DNA from: the human T2T-CHM13v2.0 reference genome, Homo sapiens
DNA length: 64,000 nucleotides
Direction: 5' to 3' (one strand)
Assembly (NCBI RefSeq): GCF_009914755.1
Contig: NC_060941.1
Part shown: positions 51,666 through 64,000 of the stretch, in pieces
Position numbering within the stretch: position 1 is the stretch's first letter
Layout: every line of letters begins with the position of its first letter
Program-made: the position numbers and the translations under genes
The notes under the pieces: generated by a model
What the model saw: only the letters and a program-made list of their open reading frames with translations
Databases searched by the model: none
Told to the model about the DNA's origin: nothing

Positions 51666-53303
51666 GCCAGTCTAGGCCCATTTCAACAATCAAAAGGGAA
51701 GAAATAAACACTCCCAAGTATCAGAGGTTAGGTTGCCCAATAAGCCAGGAGGGGCCTGGCCAGAATGCTACAGGACTGTGGGACATTCTGGTGCCTTCTG
51801 TCTGCCTGGAGCTTGGGTTGCCAGATCCTCCTCCTTAGCTGGCCCATCTCCCACAGCCCTTTTCTCTTCTCTCACATACAAAAGTAGGAAAGTTGGGGAT
51901 GGGGCAAAGCTGCCAAAGACAAGCTTTACCTTCTCATATTTAAATTGGAATTTTTCTGGGATTAAGCCCACTACCTCTTGTTCTAACCTTGGGGGCCCTT
52001 GGAGGGTGGGTAGGCAGAGAAACCAGATGTGGCTCAGGCACACTCACTGAGGTGACCTGGATCCCGGGCACTGAGCCTTCCCTTTTCCCATCTGAAAATG
52101 GAGCCCCTGCCCATGCTATGGGAGTCAGCCTGTGGCTGCTGGCAGTAGTGGCAAAGCCACCCCCTTGTCCCTGATGTCACACTCAAGGGGGCTGGAAGCC
52201 TTGAGGAGCCAGCCAAGTGACATCTATACCAGCCTGGTTCTCAGCGGGAAGCCAGATCCGAGAAGGCAATGGGCTCCGGGAGGGCAGAGGAGGTCACCTG
52301 AGCTGCAGAGAAGGGGCAGGGCCATTTCGCCCCACTGGGCGGGAGCCAGCAGGAGCTGATGATAAAGCTCAGGACCTCCTCGTATGCACTGAATATTCCA
52401 GAGATAACCCTGAGCACGCCTAGGGTTTCCACTGAGCACCTGGGAAAGGAGAGGCTTTGAAGAACAATCCTGCATTTCCTGCAGAATTTTCTAGGAGGCA
52501 GAGACTAGAAAGCTGAACTTTTCCACTAGTTGTCCCTCATCCTGCCACACTCCCTCTCCGGAGGCCATCGTCTTGGAATCTACACTGCTTCCAGGTTGAA
52601 GGCCAGTAGCATCACCACCAGCCCCACAGCCATGTTCTTCTTTCCTGCATCTTTATTTTGCGTAACAGTAGAAGGCTTGAGAGTTTACAAAGTTCTGCAT
52701 AGCCAGCATCTTATTCGGGTTTTGCACCCCAAAACATACTTGGTGCTAATATTATTTTCCCCGTGTCAAAAACAGGGAAATCATTCATTTGTTCACTTGA
52801 CAAATATACTTCCAAAAATCTATTAGGTTCCAGATTCTCTCCTGGGGCTGGATGTGGCTCAAAATGGTCAAGTGATTTCTCCAAAGCCATGGCCACAAAG
52901 GAGTGCCAGCGTCAGGATTTGAATCCAGTCCTTTTGACTGAGACTTAGAGAGGAAAGAGGTCAGAGCCCTTCCCCTGTAACCCACCTGGGTGGCACCCTT
53001 AGCTCTGTGCTCCTCTGGCCTCACATCCCAGGTAATTCAAGGCAGAGGGGCCCACCATACACTGGCAGACCACCAGGGTAAAATAAAGTGGGAGGGTAGG
53101 AAGGTCAAGGATAGATCTTTCTGGTCCTCTAGGCCTCATCCTCACCCTGCCCACCATTTCTGCCCTGGCACCCACTGCCTCCCCATGCCCTTCATAGGGA
53201 GAAGCTCCAGAAAGAGTTTCAGAAACTCCTAATTGCTGACTAGCCCCAGGTCCCCAAAACAATGGCTCTGATGTTGGAACTATTTTCCCTGGCCGGGCCT
53301 CTA

Positions 53304-53733
<430 letters not shown>

Positions 53734-54189
53734 GGAAGCAGGAAAGAAGAAACAGAATGAGTGTCATTGAGTGTCATTTAAAATGTTGGTTTCTACACAC
53801 ACGCTTGCCCACAGGCATACACAATCCAAGAAGTTACTAAATAAATGCACATTTTCCAGTGAAACCTACCAGCATGGGATAAGTTCCAAAAGCGGATAGT
53901 TCCCAAGATGTTCTCTAGTTTCCTCCTTTGTTGTTGTTGTTGTAGTTGTTTTTTAATTTGATTCATTTACTTGGTGCTAGAAGTTTGGAAGGAGATAAAG
54001 GACAGAGTAACTACTGGGGGTGGGGGATAGAGAAAGCTGTGTTTAGACGAGTGGCTGGTGAAAGAGGACACAATACCGTTTCTTCTCAATGTTAATCTAG
54101 CGCATGTTAATTCCTCCCCACCCAGTGGGAATCGACAGTGGCTGAAAGCCTTCTAGGCACTGACAGCAAAGACGGAGTACTCGCCAAGA

Positions 54190-54370
54190 ACTTTGTTCAC
54201 GTTCTCATTCAGTCCTCACAGCAACTTAGTGAGGTAGACGTTGTTACCCTTGTTTTACAGATAAGGAAATTGAGGTTCAGACGGTTCACTAACTCCCCTA
54301 ATGTCACCAGACAAAGCAACAGATCAGGGTTTCAAACCCAGGTCTGTTCTCCAAGGCCTGGGTTTTTTCC
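54190..54370 (-). mobile_element. MIR
   Basis: gttttacagataaggaaattgaggttcaga...tttcaaacccaggtctg. Confidence 0.75.
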
Positions 54371-54742
54371 GCTGCTCTGCCTCCCTGCCTGCACTGTTCT
54401 CTCTACCGCTGTCCTCCACAGCAAATTCGCAGATGTGTCATTGACTGGAGAAGGTTAGGAAACACTGCTCTGGGCAGAGTCTCCAGGGGCTCAGCGCAGT
54501 AAGCTCCTTCCTCTCCAGCTCCTATTATGGTGCAAACAGTGCCGCTTCCCCGGCAGGCCTTTGTCATTTGTCCCGTGGCCTGTCCCCTCCCATCTCTACC
54601 CCATCCCAGTAGCACCCCAGGACCTCAGCTTCCTAAATTTCAGCCACAACATTATTTTTACAAGGACACTCTTCAACCTTGAAAGGCAAGGTACCCCGAG
54701 GCAAGGAAACGAAATGACTGTAGTTGAACAGCATGAGAGTCC

Positions 54743-54759
54743 AGCGCCATCTAGTGGTG
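54743..54759 (-). promoter_or_regulatory. CTCF motif
   Basis: Reverse complement CACCACTAGATGGCGCT is a canonical CTCF core. Confidence 0.8.
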
Positions 54760-56029
54760 CTGAAACCGACAAGTCCCTGGCGGTGACATTTTCAAATAAT
54801 CAATATCTCATTATTAACCATAATCACAACCTGATGTTTACTTTTGGAGAAATGTTCAGCAGCAAGGGATGCACATGCACTTTTCTGCATGTTTCAGAGG
54901 CCTGCGATCCTAAATGCCACAATGACTATTAAACAGTGTCCTGCCCATGAGCAAACAGGAGAGATTGATTGTATATCTTTTTCATCTAAGCTGCTCACCA
55001 AAAACAAAGCTCAGTTGAAGCCAGTGACCTTTCACTAACTGCTGGAAGGAAAATGCTTGATAAATAATAAATAGACCACTACTGGATCTTGCTTAGAACT
55101 ATCTTTTAATTAAAAGAACTGAGGAGCTAGAAGGTCCGGTGACTGACATTTATTTCAGTTGCAGTCCAGGAAAAGCATTCATTGAGGGTAAAATGATACT
55201 TGAAATGTATTTTCGTTGTCAGCTAGTATTCCCCAAAAACCCTGTCTGTAATCTGCATGGATGGAGGGTGGTGGTGGTGGCTGGCAGTAGCAACATTTTG
55301 TAGGGAACGTAACACTTAACTTCCTGCCTTCTCTGCCTTCCCCTAGCAACCTTTTCTTTTTCGTGCTGCAGCAATAACCACTTGTCTGGTTCAGCATCAC
55401 CACAGAAACTGCTTCAGTGCCGGGCTCATCCAATCAGAGACCCGCCTGCCACATTGAGCGCTACCCTAGGAGTGACAGGAAAGCCATTTCCCGTCTTTTC
55501 CACAGGAGGGCAGGTGCCCTTCCTCTGCCAGCCAAGGTGACCTCGACCAAGTTGCTCACTGAACCTGCTCAGCCATCCCTCATCTCACCCAGCACGGTCA
55601 AAGGCTCAGAACGCATGACTAACTTAGCCCGAGTCAGGCTCCCACCTTTTGGCTATTCTAGAATTGAGCTCAGAACATAGAGACCAGGAAGTCTCAGCCT
55701 TCCCCATCCCCTCCTCCACTCACCTTTGCTTGCTCCTAGCTCCAGTCTTCTGGCTGAGGCCGTGCCAGCTTGCGTTGACTACCAGCACCACATCATGTTC
55801 TCTGCCCTAACTCCCATGTACTCAGGAAAACTGCCAGCCCATTCTGAGTCAGGCTTGGTCACAGATGAAAGCTGAGGATGGATGAGGCCCAACTCCGGGT
55901 GCCACGTCTGGATTCCCCGGAGCAGAGGCAGGCACCAGTGCCAGCCTCAGAGAAAATCTTACTGTCCCACTTGAGTGACTTTGTTTAAAAAAAGAAATCT
56001 GCTGAAGGTTTTTAAGTGGCACGCCATCA

Positions 56030-56035
56030 TTTATT
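56030..56035 (-). terminator. MRPS23: Candidate distal polyadenylation signal (long ~5 kb MRPS23 3'UTR)
   Basis: Minus strand reads cTGTAAATAAA (UGUA next to the hexamer) with a U-rich tract (TTTCTTTTTTT) ~35 nt downstream; consistent with my recollection of a long annotated 3'UTR. Confidence 0.5.
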
Positions 56036-57180
56036 TACAGAGAAAGGTATCACTTTAACAAAATCAGGAGTCCTTCGGGGGCAGATTATTCTGTAATACC
56101 ACTTTCATTATCAGAGAACTCTCGATACAAAGTGTTCTACAAAACTACAAGAAGAATCAGGCTAGCCTTTTAAGGACATCATCAAAAATCAGGCCTACCC
56201 AATAAAGGCAGAGGCAGAGCTCTATAAAATTTGGTGAATCCAGGACCACTTAAACAAGTCAGACATATAGATGATGGAAGACATGGGACGTGAATTTCTT
56301 TTGCTGGCTTTCTCATTCCTCCTATTCTATCACTTAAAGCATTTACCTGCCAGCCCCCAACATCCCAGATCTCTCTCCACTACCCTTGGAGAGCTCATTT
56401 CTTCTCCTGGCTCCAAATCTTGCCCCTGTAGACACCTATCCCTTATCTCTGTCTGCCACTTAGATATAGCACCATCACCTTCAACTTAGTAGGTTGAGAA
56501 TTGAAGCTCTCTCCCAGGAGAGCACCAGTTCCACGTCACCAACTGGGTGTTAGTGATGCTGCTAAGTTTTCTAGTCACTCAGGTTTGTGACCTTGGACTT
56601 GCTGCCTCCTTTTTGGTCCCTCTGACATGTCTCCTCTTTCCTCCTTCCCTGCCCACTCCTCCATCCCATTCTTTACATCACTCCTAGGCAAACCTTTCTT
56701 TGACCTGACACTGCTTTCACTACATTCTTTCTTTCCCTGCTCAAACTTTCCCATACCCAACTGGCTCCTCCATGTAGTTGTCAAGGCCACCATGATCTTA
56801 TCTCATCCTACCAGTTCAAATGGGCTTTTCCACTACTGCTCAAAATAGTAATAAAACCACCTGCCACACATTACAAATGAGCTTTGCACTCATCTCAATT
56901 AATCCTCACAAAGCTAACTGGAAGCCAAAAAGGCAAACATTGTCCATATTTTACAGGCTGAAATACTGTGACAGGCACAGGGTCACATAGTAAAAACTGC
57001 CTGGAGTATCCAGATCTAGAACCCAAATCTTCATTACTTGTCTGGGGCAAACTTCACTGTAACCTGGATATATGCCTTCCTCGCCTTGGATTCAGCAAAT
57101 CCGTAGGAGGGTCTGCTCCTGAAAGGCTGTTTAATGTTTCAATGGGTTAAAAGAATAAGAATTTCTGCCCTCCTTTACAC

Positions 57181-57476
<296 letters not shown>

Positions 57477-57882
57477 CTATACTCTTAATAGGTAAATAAT
57501 CATTACTACTTGAATGAAGGCCACAGTAAATGAGGCAGGAGTACAAACAGTAGGCCAGGTAGACCAACAGCAGTGAAGCACCTTATGAACACAATCTGTA
57601 GGGGGTTCAGTAAGGGACTTGATATTATGTATTTTCCGAGCACAGACAGCATTTGAAAACGGCACGGAAGGTTCAATTCCTACAGACCATGGTAGAAGGG
57701 AGGGTGTTCCTGCCCAAAGAAACCGCATGTACATGTCCATCCCACTGCCTTTCCAGGCTCTCATGCAGTATTCCTAGACAAATCCAGAACTGATTCCTTG
57801 CCCCTGAACCTCTACTGTACTTTTATATCAAAGTTTAAAAGGATTCCTGTTCATCTTGCTGTTTCACAAGTCACTCTTGTAG

Positions 57883-58362
<480 letters not shown>

Positions 58363-58909
58363 TAACCTAAAGAAGTCAATGAGTGACAGCAGCTTTCTCC
58401 CCATCCAGATATTTGCTATACAGGGATGGTCTTTCCCTTCTGGTCCAGAGTCCCAGTCTGGTTTAACAAGATCAGAATGTGTAGGGGAACGCATTCTCAT
58501 ACATTGCTATGAGAGTATAGTTAAGCACAATTTCTACGGACGAAGATATCAAAACTCAAAATGATCTGCTCCTTGATCCAGCATCCCATAACTTTAGCAG
58601 CCCATTTGCAACACAGTAAAACAAAGAACATTTTCTTCAATCGGGCACTGATTAAATCACAGTGGATCTCTGAGACATAGTAACTAGAAAAGCAAGGTAC
58701 AGAACAGTATGCATAGTGTCCTGTCCATGCCCAAAATATTTCTGGAAGAGCGCACAAGGAAATGGTGATAGTGATGGCCTCAGGGAAGGGGAAAAGGGTG
58801 GCTGGGGAACAGGGGTGGGAGACTAGCTTTTTACTGTTAAGTTTTGAACCATGTGCATGTATAATTTTTTTAAAGAATTATGCAACAAATAACTTCTTTA
58901 AAAGTCTTC

Positions 58910-59229
58910 AGCCCCAGTACGGTCGCTCAGGCCTGTAATCCCAGCACTTTGGGCGGCTGAGGCAGGAGGATTGCTTGAGGCCAGGAGTTTGAGACCAGGC
59001 CAGCCTGGGCAACATAGCAAGACTCCATCTCTACAAAAAAAAACAAACAAAAAAAATGTTAAAGAGCCAGGCGTGGTGGCACATGCCTATAGTCCTAGCT
59101 ATTCGGGAAGTGAGCCAGGATGGCTTCAGCCCAGGAGTTAAGACTGCGGCAGGGTATGCACCACTGCACCCAGCCTGGGTAACACAGTGAGACCCCCATC
59201 TCCTAAAACAAAATTAAAAAAAAAAAAAA
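58910..59229 (+). mobile_element. AluJ
   Basis: Divergent Alu. Confidence 0.85.
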
Positions 59230-59233
59230 TTAA

Positions 59234-59566
<333 letters not shown>

Positions 59567-60810
59567 CTACAGAGGAGGAAAACAAACAAAAATGGCAAAA
59601 ATGGGACATCAATCCAGACATGAAGGAAAAAAACATTTTTTAAATATTCATCATTGTGGCAAAAAAAACCTGCCCTTAAAAAACCAGAAACCTAAGGTTT
59701 AAAGAGATGAGTGACCCCTCAATTGTTCCTCTGAGAATAGACTGTGTCTTTCACCTGCTTTTTAAGTCCTCTTCCCAAGGTCTGGCCCGATGTTTGGTCT
59801 CAATGGTTGTGTAATGTCTCTGAATGGATGAAATTTACTTCCCTACGGAAAAGTAAAGCATTCTCCAAATGCAAGCAGTTGTGAAACAGTGATAAAGGTC
59901 GAGGGGGAAGCAGCATGGCTGAGAGCTGCTTTTGCCTAATGTATTCATTCACCTGCATGAACCAAGCACCCACGTGCATGGATGTGTACTATATACAGAC
60001 TGTGAGATGTGGACCTGCCTCACAGTGTACCAGGAGAGATGAGACCATACACAAAGAATCACTGGGTAGAAAATCTACATGAGTTTTAAAATAGGGAATT
60101 TCTGAAGCAGCTTACTACTAACAGCTAAAAACCACTGGCTTGACCACATATACAAAGGCTGCAATCTCAGAGGGATATTTCATGTATTTAGTAAAACCTG
60201 GGGAAACGAGGAAGGCAGGGAAGTTGATAAGGACTTGTAGGCACACTTTGGCCCCAGGGAGGCAGGTGGATGCTGGTGGAGAGCATCACCTAAATTAGCT
60301 GCCTCCTTTCTTGGCAATCCTGTTATCTACACCATATGAATCCAGTCTTTAGCTGGATATAACCATTCGTTCACTCATTCATTCAACAAGTATTTACTGA
60401 ACAGCCTAGTCTGTGCAGGCCTATGTTAACTGTCTCCAGCACACTCAATCCATGACATTAAAGTTACAGTTTTGGTCTTTGTGTATCAGCAATGACAGGT
60501 CCTCACTCTTACCACAAAGCTCAAGTCAGCTTGGCCTCTCAAGTGGAGAGATAATCGTTCTATAGCAAGAAGTACAAAGATTCTCTGCAGACAAAACCAG
60601 CTAGCCAAGGTTCCACAACATGTGTACACGTATAAGTCTGATGGATCAGAAGAAATATGTACCCGGGAATCAGATGTAGCCAGCCCACATACTAACAAAC
60701 ATCAAAGCAAGCCTAGTCAGATTGAGTCCCATTTGAACAATCTTTATAAAGGTTTCTTCATGTTATTTACAATTCAAAGTAAATTTACTTTATAAGCAGC
60801 TAGGGAATTC

Positions 60811-60816
60811 TTTATT
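60811..60816 (-). terminator. MRPS23: Proximal polyadenylation signal AATAAA of MRPS23
   Basis: tttatt on + strand ~210 nt after the stop codon; variant AGTAAA at 60784-60789. Confidence 0.7.
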
Positions 60817-61023
60817 TAGTAATGTCCTAACATAAAAGTTCACATAACTGCTTCTGTCAAACCATGATACTGAGCTTTGTGACAACCCAGAAATAACTAA
60901 GAGAAGGCAAACATAATACCTTAGAGATCAAGAAACATTTACACAGTTCAACTGTTTAAAAATAGCTCAACATTCAGCCAGTGAGTAGAGTGTGAATGCC
61001 AGCATACACAGTATACAGGTCCT

Positions 61024-61191
<168 letters not shown>

Positions 61192-61346
61192 TTAAGTATC
61201 ACAGAGATGTTATCATTTTCACTCAATTAATTGGCTAAAGATATATAACTAGGCACATTCTGTCACTGAGTGAAAAATTTAGCACTAATATCTTAGATCC
61301 AATTCTACTATAACAAATAGTAAACATGATTTTAAAAAGTCTATAG

Positions 61347-61699
<353 letters not shown>

Positions 61700-61820
61700 T
61701 CATTACCACAAAATTCTAGTATATTCAGTGTAACAGTATTTGACCTGGAGTTTAAGAACATAAGCCAAGGTTAGGGAAAGAAAACCAAGTCTCTCTTTAA
61801 CTTCCATCAGATTGGCAACT

Positions 61821-62315
<495 letters not shown>

Positions 62316-62421
62316 TTAGGTATGTTTGTAAGCATTGTTAAGACACTGTTACACAATATCAAATGGATAACAAAATCCTTAAAAAATAATATGAATAGCC
62401 TAGGACTTATAAAATGGCTTA

Positions 62422-62535
<114 letters not shown>

Positions 62536-62918
62536 TTATAGACTGTGGATGAGAATGGAATAAAAGAAATAAAGAATAAGTGCTAGGCACTGAGGAGTTA
62601 AGTACGGTATAACCCACACAGCCTAAGCTGAACAGTTTTGTTTTTTTAGATAAGTAATGCACACATGCACATGGTAAATACATCAAATAGCACAAAAGGG
62701 TGGCCAGTGAAAAGTAACACTCCCTCCCACTTCTGCACCCCAGCCCCCCAGTTCCCTTCCCAGGAAGCAACACTAACAAATTTCTTGTATATCCATCCAG
62801 AAATATTCCACTAATATACTAGCATATATGCACTATCATTCCCTGTCCCCAGCCACATTTTTAACCCCAAGAATAGTAAACCTTGCTCTACATCTTGCCT
62901 TTTTAAAAACTGAGGTAT

Positions 62919-63554
<636 letters not shown>

Positions 63555-64000
63555 ACATTTAACATTTTTCAGTGTGCAATTAAGTGACATGTAGAAAACT
63601 CACAAAGCTGTGCAACTAGCACCTCTATCAAGTTCCAAAACATTTTCATCACCCCCAAAAGGAGGCACTGTATCTGAGCAGTCACTCCCCATTTCTCCTC
63701 CCTACATCTTGCCTTATCAGTGCCATGGAGATTGTTTCCAGTCCTTTACTACTCTAAACCATGCTGCAATCATTATCTCTATTTATAATTTTAGTGCACT
63801 ACGTAAATAAGTCTGTGGCATAAATTCACAAATGTGGTACTACTGGATCAAGGTATGTGCATTTGTAATTAAGCCTTCCAAATTGCCAAAATGCTTTCCA
63901 AAGTGGCTGTACCAATTTACATTCACATAGGTAATATACGAGCACCTATCTCCCCACACCCTGACCAAATGACATTCTCCAGCTGAGCATAGAGGCTCAC

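Noticed and set aside
55390-55410. REST/RE1-like TTCAGCATCACCACAG
   Set aside because: Spacing is one base short and the GGACAG half-site is degenerate.

Overview
Primate (almost certainly human) genomic DNA, very rich in Alu, L1, L2, MIR, LTR and DNA-transposon relics. The only supportable protein-coding sequence is the 3' part of MRPS23 (mitochondrial ribosomal protein S23) on the minus strand: three GT-AG exons at 62423-62500, 62166-62292 and 61024-61176. They translate in frame to the C-terminal ~119 aa of MRPS23 as I recall it, which places the window at 17q22 (from memory). The remaining ~55 kb is downstream/intergenic. It holds a 3'-truncated 7SK retrocopy, a polyadenylated 28S rRNA retro-fragment, two strong CTCF motifs and several repeat-poor islands that look regulatory. 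Nearly all ORFs in the supplied track are Alu/L1/LTR read-through or noise. I found no evidence for a new multi-gene biological system. The best leads are small: a nested hairpin in unique sequence at 44.8 kb, inverted Alus in a probable long MRPS23 3'UTR, an Alu-L1 chimeric insertion, a mosaic of locally copied sequence at 28.2 kb, the 28S retrocopy, and candidate enhancer/CTCF modules. Repeat subfamily names are from memory of consensus sequences; repeat boundaries are approximate unless TSDs are quoted.
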